A stretch of 64,000 nucleotides of DNA, taken from contig CALSCP010000368.1 of assembly GCA_943704425.1 (NCBI GenBank), positions 3,069 through 67,068 of the forward strand, in the 5' to 3' direction. The notes under the pieces are model-generated. The model did no database searches. It saw only the letters and a list, made by a program, of their open reading frames with translations, and was not told the origin of the DNA. A program made the translations under genes and the position numbers. Each line of letters starts with the position of its first letter. Position 1 is the stretch's first letter. This stretch comes from Ministeria vibrans ATCC 50519. Lineage: Eukaryota > Protista > Filasterea. Below, one piece after another: positions 42,200 to 56,896 of the stretch.

Positions 42200-44318
42200 A
42201 TGGGGGGAGGAGGAGACCGTCATGACAAAGGCGACTATTCGCTCGAAGAAGTCGCAACGCACAACACAAGCAAAGATGGATGGCTCGTTGTTGACGGAGA
42301 GGTGAGAGCCACACGAACCGCGCGCCGTCTGCTCTCCTTGCTCCCCGCCGAGGGCCATTCTTCTGAATACGCTACCCGTTGCTCGACAACCACTTGTTCC
42401 TTTTCAAATGCGATTTTGTGTCCGATTTTGGAGGAAACGAGGAAAAAAAAAAAAAAAAACTTCGCAAGTGGGGATTTGCACGTGAAACGACCCAATGCAA
42501 CGAACGTGGGCTCAGGTACCAGTCGCAGACCTTTGAACATGGCCGGCACACGCCGACTCGCCTGCTGGAGGGTCCCAAGCGTCCGTTCCCGTTCGCTCTT
42601 GGGGGTTTGGTTGATTTTTTTTTTTTTTTTTTTTTTTTCAATTGTACTGTCTCGAACCGTTTGACAGCTGAACGCTACCGCGTAGCCCTTTTTCTTGGTT
42701 GAATAGCGCGAGCCACCATTGCGGTGAAGCTGATTGGGTGTTCCGGCGCGAAGAGAGAGAGAGAGAACAAGCAGTTTTTTGGGTTGTTGGGGGAAACACA
42801 TCTGCTCACTGTCACACTCGTCGCTCCTATGGGCAGTCGCCACTGCTCATGCCAGCCGCTGCGTTGCTGACACGCGTCTCTTCTCTGCGTGTTTTAGGTG
42901 TACGATGTGACCAAGTGGATCCACAAACATCCCGGCGGCCGAGTCATCTTCTCGTACCTCGGCCAAGACGCCACGGACGCCGTCGTGGCCTTCCATCCGG
43001 ACGCCGACCGTTTCCGGCGTCTTCTTAAGGCCTTTCACATTGGCTCGGTGAGCGTTGCCGATCGTACCGCCTACGTTAAGAGCCACCCGATTCTCACTGA
43101 CTTCCATGCCATTCGCGAGAAGGCCGAAAAGGTATATAGAGCCGGTATATACGCTTTCATGTATCTGACGCCGTCGCCGCCCCGCCGTTTATTCTATGAC
43201 GCAGGACAACATGTTCAAGGCATCGCCGCTTTTCTACGGAGGCATGTTCTTGCACATTATTGTGATGGAACTTGTCGCGCGCTACCTTCTGCTTGACGGA
43301 GGCAGTGAGTCGTGGGTGTGGTGGCTAAGCGCAGTGCTGTTGTGCGCCACGGCGCAAGCCCAAGCTGGCTGGCTTCAGCACGACTTTGGCCATCTGAGCG
43401 TCTTCCAAAAGTCGCAGTGGAACCACCTGTGGCACAACATCACCATTGGTCACCTCAAGGGCGCATCCACCGCTTGGTGGAACAGCCGGTAAGGCAAAAT
43501 TAGTTTGAGAGTTTTATTCCCTGTAAACCTCCTCATCCATATTTTTCAGACACTTCCGTCACCATGCCAAGCCCAATGTGGTCGCTGTCGACCCGGACAT
43601 CAGTATGCCACACGTCTTCATCCTTGGCAAGAAGCCCGCCGCCGAGTGGGGTCGCAAGAAGCGCCGCTCCATGCCCTACCAGTGGCAGCATCACTACTGG
43701 CACCTCCTTGCCCCGCCGCTTATTGTTCCCATCTTTTTTGTCATCGACAATCTCAAGACGGTCATTCGCAAACGTATCCAATGCCATGTGTGATTATGTG
43801 CATTGCAAAGGTGAACTGAACGTGTTACGTTTTTTTTATTTTTTATAGGTAATTGGACCGACCTGTCGTTTATGTTGAGTATGATTGGGCGGTATGCGTT
43901 GTTGTTTGGTCCTACGCTGGGCCTTGCGGGCACTCTGAAGCTGTACTTTGCAATGCGGGTTATTGAGTCGCACTGGTTTGTGTGGGTGACACAGATGAAC
44001 CACATTGCGATGACGATTGACTGGGACGAGAAGCTGGACTGGCCGACTGTTCAAGTGCTGGGCACGTGCAATGTGGAGGGGGGTCTCTTCAACGACTGGT
44101 TCTCGGGACACCTCAACTACCAGGTGGAACACCATCTGTTCCCGACCATGCCGCGTCACAACCTGGCTAAGGTGGCTCCGCAGGTGCGCGAAATGTACCG
44201 CAAGCACGGCCTCGACTACCAGGTCAAGACACTCGGCGGCGCCGTCAAGGACGTCGTCACCTCCCTCGAGGAGTACGGCAAGATCTGGCACGAGGCCTAC
44301 TATGCCAAGGACCACTAA
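42200..44318 (+). CDS. Front-end (delta-5/delta-6) fatty-acid desaturase with cytochrome b5 domain
   Basis: HPGG, HDFGH, HFRHH and QVEHHLFP boxes. Long first intron 42302-42897. Confidence 0.95.
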
Positions 44319-44389
44319 TATACTAAATTTTAGTATTATACACAACCTTTTTTTTCTTCTTCTTTCTTCTCGCCAAAAAAAAAGCACTA

Positions 44390-46359
44390 TTATTGAACAG
44401 AGACAAGGCAAACGGCACCACTGTCAAGGCCACAAACGACCTTGTTGTCGTCGGACACGTCGATGCTGTTCACGGGCAGTGTCTTCTCACTGGGAGCTGA
44501 AAAGAGAGAGAGATGATGAGAGGAATAGATTAAGCGTGAGATACATTACCTGTAAGGAGACTGCGAATGGACGGGTTGTCGTCAGAGGCGACGGTGTAAC
44601 AGCCGCCTGGATGCGATCCCGTTGAGTTAAAGTCCCACACGAGCGCCGAGCCTTGAAAGCACAGAAAGAAAGAAAAAGAAAAAAAACGAGAGCGAGAAGG
44701 AGCAATGTGAGCAAGTCCAACGTACTCTGTTTGATTGCTTTGTTGTATGTGTACCGTCTTCGGATGCGGACACGACAAAACGGGGATTCGCTTGATTAAA
44801 CGAGATATCCCAAATGTCGTTTGTGTGGGCAGCAATCTCGGAGACGGGCCAGCGGGGCGCACGCAGGTCCCACACGGCTAAGACGCCTGATGAGAGGCCG
44901 AGCGCAACCACGTGCGGTTGGGCTGAGCGAGACAACATATTTGTGAGTGACAGGCATGCGGTCGTTTCCACATACACACACACACATGTATACAATGATG
45001 AATAATCTCTCTCTATCACTTTGTTTCTCTCTTTCTATCACTTTGTTTATCACTTTGTTTCTCTATCATTTTGTTTCTCTCTCTATCATTTTGTTTCTCT
45101 CTCACTCTCACTTTGATACTCTCTCTCATCTATCTATTCATCTATCTCTATCGCTTTGTTTCTTTCTCTCTCATTTCCCTCTCTCACACCCTCCCCTCTC
45201 TCTCACACACCCCCCCTCTCTATCTCACCCTCCCCTCTATCTCTCAATCACTTTGTTTCTTTCTCCCTCCGTCCACTCTTCTTTCTCCCTTCGTCCTCTC
45301 TTCTTTCTCCCTCCGTCCTCTCTGAGATGGATCGATTCTATTTCTCTCTGGTTTTTGGTTCGTTTAATAGTGCAGTGTGTACCTGGATGGACTGCAGCGC
45401 AGTTGACAGTTTCGGAGCGTGCGTCGCTGTCGTCGCTGATGCTTAGCGCGGGAGTGGAGCGCACTGACGCGTCCTCTGTGCCCTTGCCGCTGTTCGTTCG
45501 TACGTCCCATACTTTGATGCGCGCACTCGTGCTTGCTGTAAGTACTTGGTCGGATCGCAGAAATGCAACGGCACTCAACGAACTGCGTGTCAAAATGTCA
45601 AAACAACGCGCAACCATCGAACCACGCGACACGCGACTCACCTGCTGTCTGCGTTGGCAACGGAAAAGACAGGCCGTTGCACTGAAGGTCTCAGCACTGT
45701 CAGACGACCATCTTCACCAACGGTGGCCACGTCGTGTCGATTGTAGACGGAGAGGGCCGTACAGGGGCTGGAGAGACCGCCGACGCTGTGCAAGTCTGTC
45801 CACTGCTGCGCAACCGAGACGTGTGCGCTGCCTGGCACGTAAAACGCATCTTGCTCGTCGTTTTCATCCGCATGAGACCATAAGTGAACGCTTCCCGTCG
45901 AGGACGCCGTCACAAATGTTTCACAATCGACGTACTACGTTGGACAGTGTGAAACAGACAGTCGACAAACCGCTGTCGTACCTGTAATGCCATGACATCT
46001 CCATCATAATGCGATTTCCACACACACCTAGGCTCCGTCGTCGAGTGTAGTCCAGCAGAGGACGTTTCTGATACCGCAGCTGCGGCGCTGTTCCACAGGG
46101 ACACGGTAGAAGGCTACAACGCAAAAGGTTCGAAAAAAAAAAAAAAAACTAACTCCGACCTGACATCTCTCAGGTCGGTACAGGAGCACGTACCATTGCT
46201 TCGCAGGTGCCCATAGCAAAGCACACGGGTGATTCGGCAGACCCGTCGGGCGTGGGGCGCCATCTTACGGCGGTAACCTACGAGGGAGCTTGATCAGTGG
46301 GGAGGACGCCTCGCGAGCGAACGTGCCTTCTCTCCGACGAATTTAGTCACGGACGGCAT
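44390..46359 (-). CDS. NUP43: WD40 nucleoporin Nup43
   Basis: Spliced N-terminus MPSVTKFVGEK/VTAVRWRP..FAMGTC matches Nup43 (KFVSQKISKTRWRP). Also VATVGEDGRL, AVHP and LPVNSIDV. The first intron is GC-AG. Confidence 0.82.
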
Positions 46360-46676
46360 GGACGGGCAGCGGGCAGACAGAAGAAATGCCAAAAGAACTG
46401 GTTACAAGTGACTAATGATAAATGAGCAATCGGCAATGAGCCCGAACTCAAAGGAAATCCCCAAGTGAAAATACGATCAGTGATTAAAAACACGATTAAA
46501 AATAATTGAATAGAATGTACGTGCACTGTACGTGATTCTTCAGTCTGGTCACATGACCTTTGACAGTATTGCTGCATTTATTTGCTGGAGCATGTGCCAA
46601 AGTAAAAGTAGAATAGTCCTCCAAGCGCCCACATCAAACTGTCATCTGATCAAAGTTCAAACTTTTTTTCCCAAAC

Positions 46677-49600
46677 ATGCTCTCTTTCTGGCTCGACTTA
46701 CTAGTGACGAGTGCCGTGGGCGTGGCTGTGGTCCTGGCGCTCTTGGCGCTCCAGAACATATTCAGCTTGGGTGCCTGGTGGGCGTCGGCATCGCCTTCGG
46801 CATTTCCGCGGCGTCGTCCGCTGCTGCGCTGGCTCGACTTGACCATCTCATTCCTCTTCTGTGCCCTGTTTGTTGCTCGTACCGTTATGGACCACTTTCC
46901 TGTGTGGATGCGGGCCTTGGTGGGCCTGCTTGTGCTGTCCACGGTCGTACTTGCAGTTGCACGTCGCGCTGCTCTGTCGCTCGTCGAAGTGTTCTACCTC
47001 AGTACCTCCGTGTACTGCATCGCCTCGGGGTTCTGGTGCTCTTTTGCGTTTCTGGCGTCGCTGTCGGTGCGACGAGCTTTGCTCGGATTGACTCGGCACT
47101 ATGTGCATCCACGGCCGGTGCTTCTAAAGCTCATCACTCTGGCGCTCGACTTGATCATCTTGGTGTGGATATCTTCGTGCGTTCTGGTGGTGTGCGAGGT
47201 TGCTGGAGACCCGTGGGCGAATCCACCACTCGACTCAAGTTCCTGGAATCTTTTTGAAGCTGCCTATGTGGTGACCGTGTCGATTACCACAGTTGGCTAT
47301 GGCGACCTCACGCCCACGACGGTGCTGGGGAAGATTGTCATTCTCGTCGTGATCGTGGCGGGTATTCTCGCCATCGCCAATGCGACCAATGCTGTCCTGG
47401 AACTCGTCAAGTTGCAGTCGCAACACCTTGACAGCTACGAGGCTCACGGCGATTTCAAGCATCTCGTGCTGTTGGGCCAGCCCAGCACTGCCGCGGTCCT
47501 GGACATTATTCGCGAGGTGCGCACCGAGCGAATCACAGTGGTGTTGGTGACGGATGACGAGCGCAAGTTGGCATCGACTCGCCTCGCGGCAATCGCTGCC
47601 AATCCGTCGCTGCTCAAAATCCTACGCGGCGGTGCACTGAGTCGCAGTGCGTACGGTCGTGCGCGCGTCAACACGGCGGTGGCGTGTCTGTGTGTGGCGC
47701 GCGAAGGCTGTGACCAAGAGTGTGTCTATGTGGGTCTTACCGTCAAACACCAGTGCCCACGCACGCCGCTCTTTCTCCTGCTGAGTCGTTCGGCGTCGCG
47801 TCGCCTCATCCCGCCGCAGCTTGGTCGCGCCGTTTACCTCGACCGCTTCCGTCTGTCCTTGTTGGGTCTGACCACGGCCATGCCAGGCGCCTCGACGCTG
47901 CTCTGCGGTCTACTGCGCACCGCAACCGACAAACACAGTCGAGGCATACGCGCCGACTTGATAGACGACTACGACGACGAGGAGCTTGTCTCGGACGAGG
48001 ACATTGACGCGGATGCAGACCACTCTAGTAGCGAGAGTAGTAGCGACAACGACAATGACAACACCACCGCCACCATTGCCGAGGATACCATCTCGTCACT
48101 GAACATGTATTCGGCGTCGTCTTCGTCTGCAGCAGTAGCAGCAGCGCACCGCACTCGCGCCGAAGCCCTGTCGCACCGTCGTCGTCTGCTTGTGTTTCGC
48201 CGTCGTCGCCGTTCGCGTCAACATTATCGCATTCAACAAGGCACGACAACAACCGCTTTGCCCTCGTCTGCCTGGCTTGACGAATACCTCACGGGCACGT
48301 CGGTGGAGATCTACGAGGTCGCTGTGCGTGGGCATGAGATGCTGCTTAACGTGTCGTTTGGTGAGGGTGCAGCGCGTCTGTTTGCGTGCCACCGGGCCAT
48401 TTTGGTGGGCATTGTCAAGGCGGACGGGTCGGGCGTGCTCATCAACCCGACGCTGACGCTGCAGCACAACCATCTTGCCGTGGTACTGTGCTCGTGGCAG
48501 ACGGCCAAGCACATCAATGCCATGCCTGACTCGAGCCTGGGGGGGAGGAGGAGCAGCAGCAGCAGTCCAACTGTGACCCTCAAGGAGTGGTTAAAAAATG
48601 ACAATGATCAGGTCGACCACACCAGTGCGCGTGCCAACTCGTCGTCGACTGCACTCAGCGCAACAATTTTCCCGCACTTTTGTGACTACGACGAATCGAG
48701 CGACGCAGCGTGTCAGGTCCCACTGGTGCTTGCAGAGCCACCGCTGGACCTGTGTGGACACATTGTGATTGTGTGCGGTCCACGCTGCACCGGGGTTGCG
48801 TATCTTGTGCACGAGATCCACCAGCAGGAGCAGCGCATGGGCACCAAATCCTCCGTCGTGGTCATTATGTCTCTTGCCAATGGCTTCCCATCCCACCTCG
48901 AGCATCTTGAGAGCGTCGAGGACGTGTACTTTGTGCATGGTTCGCCCTTCTCGCCCGAGGCCCTCGACCGCACACGCGTCGCCCATGCGCGCGTGTGTCT
49001 GCTCTTGGCTGAGCCTCATGCCGCGCGGGTGGACTACCTGACCAAGGGTGACGTCGGTGACAGTGGGAATGGCAGTGGTGGTGGGGGTGCGACTGCATCG
49101 GACCCAGACGGCACACTTGTCTTGGGGTCGCTGCAGTTGCGTGCCTATCTCGCACTCCACCACACCACCGCGACTGCGGCACAGGTGCGTGTGGTGGTGT
49201 CTGTCTCAGATGACTCCAGTTTGAGGTTTCTCATGCAAAAGGTAATCGAAAAAGGAATAACCCAACGCCATAGTACGATTCTTTTTGATTGTCGTGAATA
49301 GGAGGATCGACGACGTCTGCGACGATGTGGCGAGGTGTGGGACACGAGTGAGTTTGCGGCGGGAGGACTGCTGTCGGGGCGCATTGGGCATCTCTTGCTG
49401 ACTCAGTGCGCATTGAAGCCACTCTATCTGGATGTGCTGCACGGCATTCTGGCCGAGGCGTGCCTATCGATGGTGCGTGTGGACGCCGCTCTCAGTGGCT
49501 TGACCTTCCACACTGCGTTTCTGCGTCTGATGCGCGACGGGCAGCGCATTGCCATTGCACTGTACCGACCGACGGGCACCCTGGGCGCGCCTGCTCCCTA

Positions 49601-49679
49601 TGTGTACACGGTGCCACTGGCGGATACGGTTCTGGTGCAGGATGATTTACTGTATTTTATTATGGGGGCTCAGAGATGA
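46677..49679 (+). CDS. Slo/BK-type potassium channel with RCK domains
   Basis: TM segments, pore TTVGYGD, HLVLLG and HIVIVCG RCK starts, YFVHGSP..L.R, FAAG and PYVYTVP tail. Intron 49242-49301. Confidence 0.88.
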
Positions 49680-49694
49680 AAATTTTGAAGAATA

Positions 49695-50047
<353 letters not shown>

Positions 50048-50206
50048 TGAAAAATAATTAAAAATGAAAAGGAGAGGCTCGCCGACTTTTCGTTATTGAA
50101 TGTGACGGATCATCTTCGTAGGCAATGATATATCATATGCTATTCTGTTCAATACACACAGTAATCGAGTATCCTTTGTGATTTTTCTACTTGGTTTGTG
50201 TATTTT

Positions 50207-51189
50207 TCACAAGGGCTTCGCATAGAACAGTCCCAGACGTTCTATTTCTGCCGAATTTCCTCCAAACGTTTCCTCGATAGTCAGACGCACTGCTTCCACC
50301 AAAAGATCCTCCTCGAAGCGATCCAATTTCTTATAGCCAATGGTTGTGCCATGTGTGACACGCATGCGCCACTCACCGGCCACACGTACATCCACTGCGT
50401 AGCGCGACACAAACTGTCCGTCGGGAATGTGCTCCTGCATCATCACTGTGTTCACGGTCAATGCCTGCGCCAATTCCACTTCAACGGTTGCCACAGTCAC
50501 TCCATTCTCTGCTACCCAATACGTTTCTTGGCGGCCGTCAACCACATAGCTTGCCTAAGAACCCACGTATAAAAGAACAATATATAAGAGTTTCGCGACC
50601 CAGCGGTAATTGCAGTACCTGCGAGCCACACAGTGTGCTCGTTGCACTCGCAGTACCATTCTTCGCTGCATCAGCTGCAAACGTCGTCTCGATGTACTCA
50701 CCAAACTCACGCACACGTTCTACGTCACCCTCGCACAACAGCCCTATCATACACAATGAAGAGGTATTGAGAGAGACTGGACAACAATTTTTTATACCTT
50801 TTTTGTTTGGGGGAACGTTGAGTTGCAGGACACAACTTTGGCCGACGGACGAGAAGTAAATGTCGACGAGTTCTTTCAGTGTCTTGAGCTTCGTGTCCTC
50901 TGACGGATGGTAGAACCAGCCGGGACGAATAGAAACGTCGCAAAATGGACCAGCCCAGCTGGTATTGCCCATCTAAGCACAGAGAATAAAAGAGAGCAAT
51001 GAGTGCATCAGAAAGAGTACGATAAAAGTTACCTCGGGAAACTCGACGGAAGGTGCGTGCCACAGCCACTGGGTGGGGTTGCCCTTGCCACCTTCGTTAA
51101 ACACCCATGACGAGTCTGGCCCACAGTCAAACGTCCCACCCGTCCCTCCACATCCTCCTCCGACCGCGTCCGGCTGATACTTTCGCAGA

Positions 51190-51225
<36 letters not shown>

Positions 51226-52072
51226 CACAAATTCACTTGCTGATTTCATCGGTGCGTCTCTTACATCTCCAACCACCTGTGCCAGTCGTAGTGTCCTGTC
51301 ATGTTGGGCTTCGCATTCGCCCCGTCCCACCACAATTGTACCACATTTCCGTACTTTTCCTTCTGTCGCAAAAGGTACACAAACGTCTCCTCGTAAAACT
51401 TATTGTAACTCGGCTTCCAAGTCATGTTGTATTGATTGCGGTCCCTACCCAAAAAATATAAAATAGAACATAGTGAGTCTAATACACACATATAATTATG
51501 ACAACTCGTACCAAGGAGAGACGTAATAAGAGATTTGAATGTCAAGCAGGTTCGCCGAGCGCGCAAAGTCCGCCACAACGTCGCCCGTGTGGTTGTGCCA
51601 CGACGACGACTGCACCGTGTGGTTCGTGTAGTCTGGCTGAGGCATCAGCCTACGCATTGGAGTCAGAAATGATACACGCTATCTCCTTGGGATCAGGTGA
51701 ACTCACCAAAATCCGTCGTGGTGTTTGACAACCAGGATGCCCGTCGCAAAGCCCGCCGCCTTGGCCGTTGCCAGCCACTGCGTCGTGTTCAAGTCGACTG
51801 GCTGAAAGATGTTGGGATCTTCGTCACCCAGTCCCCATTCGCGGTTCGTATACGTGTTGACTCCTGGCGCGCAACGGCGTTATGTTGTGGTGTGTGTTTG
51901 TTTGTTTCATTGTTGTACCGAAGTGAAAAAACATCTGCATCTCGTCCCGATGCCAGTTCAACTGACGAAGAGATGGAATTGGGGTGGGCGTCTGGCCTTC
52001 ACGCGAGCGTGGCGGACAGTTGTGTGCGACGACAAGCGACACAAGAGTCGCAATCAAAAGTACACTTCGCAT
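50207..52072 (-). CDS. Secreted alpha-L-fucosidase, GH29, with C-terminal beta-sandwich
   Basis: Signal peptide, MFFHFG/VNTY, KHHDGF, YVSPW/DRN, LWWDGA, DVSIRPGWFYH, SVG..LNVPP and GTTIGYK. Confidence 0.93.
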
Positions 52073-52402
52073 CCAACAATTCGCAGAGGAGTACTCAGTG
52101 ACCAAATGATTGAAAGCTTCAAAAGCTCGTGCAGTTGCAACGGGACAAAAGTGCTGGAAACAAACAAAGAAAGGTGTGCTGTGTAGTAGTTAAGTGAATG
52201 AGTAACTCAGATTCTGTTGTTGAGTGTAAGGCGTTGCAACTCGGTTCATTTTAGCGATTAAGATCTTTTGTTTGATTGCTCTCCTCTGATCTTCACTTAT
52301 TAACGAAATATTTTCACATCCGCAAAGATCAGCGATCAACAGAGCTTGAATTTTTAATTTTAATTTTTCACTCTTTCAATTTTCAATTTCACCTTTTTTT
52401 TC

Positions 52403-52852
52403 ATGTCCTTCCGCTTGTCAGTGGGCGGCCTGGTCGACCCACCAGAGTACTCGGTGGCGGCGGCACAGCTGCGTAAGGATGCAGCGCGCGACAATGCCGA
52501 TGGAGGCGGTGCGGCATCGGACGATCTCGCTTGGCCCGACACCCCACTCCCTTCTCGCTCCAGCTCTCCTGCGCCCCGTCTGCACCCGTCCGAGCTGCAA
52601 CAGATGAACGAACGCGAGCGACCCGCTCCCACCAACAACAACGTCAACAAAGCTTCTCAGCAGAACAGCTTTGCCACCGACGATGACGGCAACAGGCACG
52701 ATGAATCGACATTGATTGTTTCTCTCTCTATCACTTTGCTTCTTTCTCCCTCCTCTCTCTCTCTCTCTATATCACTTTGTTTCTCTCTCTCTCTCTCTAT
52801 CACTTTGTTTCTCTCTCTCTCTCTCACTTTGTTTCTCTCTCTCTCTCTCACT

Positions 52853-52950
<98 letters not shown>

Positions 52951-55900
52951 TGATTCGTCTTCTCCACTCGCCTTCATTCCTTCTGACTTCGCTTCAAATG
53001 AATCCCTCTCTTTCCTTCAGACTCGGCGGTCTTATGCTGGGCAACGATGGCGTTTCCCTGGCCGAACTCATGAACCAAGATCCTCCCTTTGACTATGAGT
53101 ACTCGGACACGGATACGTTTGAGGTCGAACTCAACGAACTCTTCTCCTACTCCGAGGTACAGCGACACACAACGATTCTTCGTCTTTGCTGACACGCTGC
53201 ATTCTCTCTACAGTGCTCTCACTTTGCAACTGCCCAACGTGCTTTTTTGCGAACGTATGGCTCGTCGAAACCCTGGTCGTCAACCAGCGAGCGAAACCGC
53301 GCCTCCTTTGTGCGCCTCTGTCTCAACAGAGTCGAATTGAGCGACGCAGCGCGTCGAAGCGACGCCATTCTCTCTCTCATGTACATTAGTGTGGGCGTCT
53401 TCCACGAGTGCACCACCACCACCACCACCACCACTCCCACCCCCACTTTACCTTCCTCCTCCTCTCCTTCTTTGCCTTCGTCATCGGCACAACCAAACGA
53501 TGAATCTTCACAATCCCTTGACGAGGAACGTCGCAAGGAGGAGCTTCTTGAAAGAATACGATCCAACTGCCGCCTCCTCTTTGCCCATGGCGTACTCCCC
53601 GTTCTCTTGGGCTTTATCATATCGACTGCACGCGTCTCCTTTACTCGCATGTCACCCTCCTCTTCCTCCGCAAGCCCATCACCCACTCCTGCCAGCCCTG
53701 CCGCACCATCCGCGAGCGCTCGAACCCCCCTCGACAAGATACCCAACGAGGGCTTTGTCGAGACCCTTGCCGCTACCAATGCAGTCTACAGCATTATTGA
53801 AACGCTGCGACGCGACACAGAGCCAGACGCGTCGTCAAGTGGTGCAGGTGTATCAGCTGCAGCGCTGCGGGAAGTACTTAAACAACCGTTGCCCAACGGT
53901 CACGACCTTCTGGCATCGCTCCTCGCGCTCGTCGCTGCCTACACCAACGGTCAATTACCATGCCTGCCCGTCCAAAAAATGCTGTTGCTTGCGTGGAAGA
54001 CGGTCCTGGTGCTTTGCGGTGGCCAGGATGTGCTTCTGGAGAACAAGACGACGGCGTGCGCACGCTTTGGCGCCACGTTGCCTCAGACCACACCGCGCAA
54101 CAAGGCACGCCCCACCGACATTGACTCGTTTGCCATGGAAGCCAAGTCGAAGTACTACGGTGCCTATATGACGGAAGAGAAGAAATCAGTCTATCAGGAG
54201 CAGCGCCGTCAGCAACAACAGCAACAACAACAGCAGCAGGAATCGTCGGAGACGACAAGCGACACTCGGTCGGTGGCGTTGTCAACGATGTCGTCGCTGT
54301 GGAGCAACACAAGCACGCTGACTGTGAGCGGGCAGCGACGGATGCCCGCCGTCACTCTTGATCCCACCGACATTCCGGTGCCCATTGCCGAGAGTCTCAC
54401 CGTGCTCGAACGAAATCGCTTTGTGTCACTCTCTGAGCGACAACTCGTGGCAGAACGGGACTCAATGGAGCAGCACAGCCAGTGCAGTGCGGAGCGCGCG
54501 CAAGAGTACCGACATCAGCACGGCTTGGTCTCTGAGGAGTCTTTTGTGGGCCTTGACGGCGCACCGTACCACCGTGGGGACTGGGTGGCACCGCCCATTG
54601 CCGAGCATGTCTACCAGACACTTCTCCCCAACCTGCCGACCTTTGTCATTGTGCTCTTGAAGCTGCTCCTGGCCGCCGCGCCATCCACGCAGCGCGGTCA
54701 CTATGGCTCCATTGATCTTGTCGACCAGCTTTACTACGAGGCATACAAGGCGCCCGATGCGGCCGTTGTACCAGCCGAGACGACGACGACCGACACGGGC
54801 GACGCAGATGCGCCTCCGCCGCAGCTCATTGACGCCATGGTTCACACCATTGACGGGGCTCGTCGCAAGGAGATTGTCGTAAAGGCAGTCAGTGCCATTG
54901 TGCTGCTTCTTTTTAAGCACTTCCGCACCAATCACGTTCTTCAGAGCGAATACCTCGGTCAGCAGCTTGTCGACGGAAACTGCATCCTGCTCCTCCTCAA
55001 GATCCTCAACAACAACATTGGGGCATATGTCAAGACAGACCACTCACTCTCCCAGCGCGAATTTGTCTCCTTTGTCTTTCATCCCTTTGACAAGGGCCCG
55101 CCCCGCTCGCCACCCGTACGCATTTTAAACTATATGTCTCTCTCTTCTCTCACTCACACATTTTCTTGCGTTAGGCCAACGCGAGTCGCCCCGACTCTCA
55201 TTGCTCGTCACGCAACTTTTTTGCGATCATCAATCTTCTCAAGCTTCTCCAGAAACTCACTAAGCACAAGATTGCACGTCGACAGGTCATGGTTCACTAC
55301 AAAGCACCCGTAAGACACACACACATCCACAAATAACTGAGCATACAAAATCAAATGCATCACACTTGGACTGGGCACTGACATGTAGTCTTTCTGGCTC
55401 GTTTGTGTAGGGCATTTTAAAGCGACTACTGAAGATCAACGAGCGCAATGTGCAACTGTACGCACTGAAGCTGCTCAAGACACAAATGCGACACGTCAAG
55501 AAGAGCTGGCACAAATGTATGTGAATTTGTTCTCCTCACAACAAACTAACACACTGTGTTCTTACTGAAGCGAACATGCGCGTACTGAGCGGCGTGTATT
55601 TGCACGTGCGGCACGATCTGCACGATCCGTGGGCCTTCACCTTTGACGCCAATCCTCCTCCAAACGAACTTGACGTATACCGATCATGCTCAAGTTGGTC
55701 TATACTAAAACATATTTCTATTTTGTGTATAGATGGAAGAGCAGCTGTGGCGCTCCATCATCTACCAGTTCAACTTGCGCCACTATGGATTGGGCGGTCG
55801 TGCCTCCCAAAACGACTCACACACGTATGCAGCACTGCACACAAGTTTTACAGAGTGTGTGTTTTCTTACCCTTTTACGTTACAGCAGTGACCTGTCTGA

Positions 55901-56069
55901 GCACGACCTGCAGCAGCGCCTACATGACTCAATTGGGATTCTGCTCGACTCGGCGATTGCGCTGGAGGACCCGCTTGGCGAGGCGCAGCTCGTTGCTGAG
56001 CGCGACATGGATCCCGCCTACTACTCGTGTGCCGAGCAGTGGCTCCAAGCACACGTGTATCCCAAGTAA
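52403..56069 (+). CDS. STRIP1: STRIPAK subunit STRIP1/Far11 (N1221 domain)
   Basis: FDYEYSDTDTFEVELNELFSYSE, LPVQKMLLLAWKTVL, RRKEIVVKAVSAIVLLLFKHF and LSGVYLHVRHDL. Confidence 0.9.
52715..52950. repeat. (CT)n microsatellite interleaved with CACTTTGTTT units, intronic
   Basis: Directly visible. Confidence 0.93.
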
Positions 56070-56154
56070 CAGTGAAGTATCTTTTCGTATTGTTTTGTTT
56101 TCTATCAATGTTTTCTTCCCCAGCCTGATAGTCAATCAAGAATCGAATAAAATG

Positions 56155-56192
<38 letters not shown>

Positions 56193-56251
56193 ATATTTTA
56201 TTATAATAATATTATTATCAATATTCATTAGTCACTTTTTTTATTCGAACA

Positions 56252-56856
56252 ATGGGAAAGAAGCTCAAGTTGAAGGCGAAGCGTAAAGCGTTGGATCGCG
56301 GTGTCTTGTCGTTCTTTGACGAGGGCGAGACTGCTGATCCGCACAAGGGCGCCACGGAGGAGGGGGAGGACGACGACGCCGACGCGTACGACGCAAACGG
56401 AGAGCAAGTGGTTGCCGGTGAAGGCGCCGATGGAACTTCGCTGCCGTGGCGCATTGTGAGCAATGGCGACGAGCTTGGCGACGAGCCCATGTCGGATGCT
56501 GGCTCGGGCGGCTTCATGCTGCTGGAGGAGCTGTCAGGCTGCACTGTCGAGTGGCAAGGAGGCGGCCGCGTGGCTCGCATTGTCGTAAGGGAAAACGCGC
56601 GTTTTCGCTGCCTCTCTCTCTCTCACTCACTCACTCACTCACACACACACACACTCACAACCACAAACTAACGCATCGTAGAAAGCGCCTGAGGAAGAGG
56701 TGCCAGTGGTGGATGCGATCAAGACGGTGTCGGAGAAGAAGAAGCAGAAGAAGAAGAAGGCAAAGACGGACGAGGAAACGCCGGCAAAAGCCGAGAAGCA
56801 GAAACCGGAGGCAGAGGAGCCAGCGGGCTCCGACTCTGAGCCACAACTTACAACGA

Positions 56857-56896
<40 letters not shown>

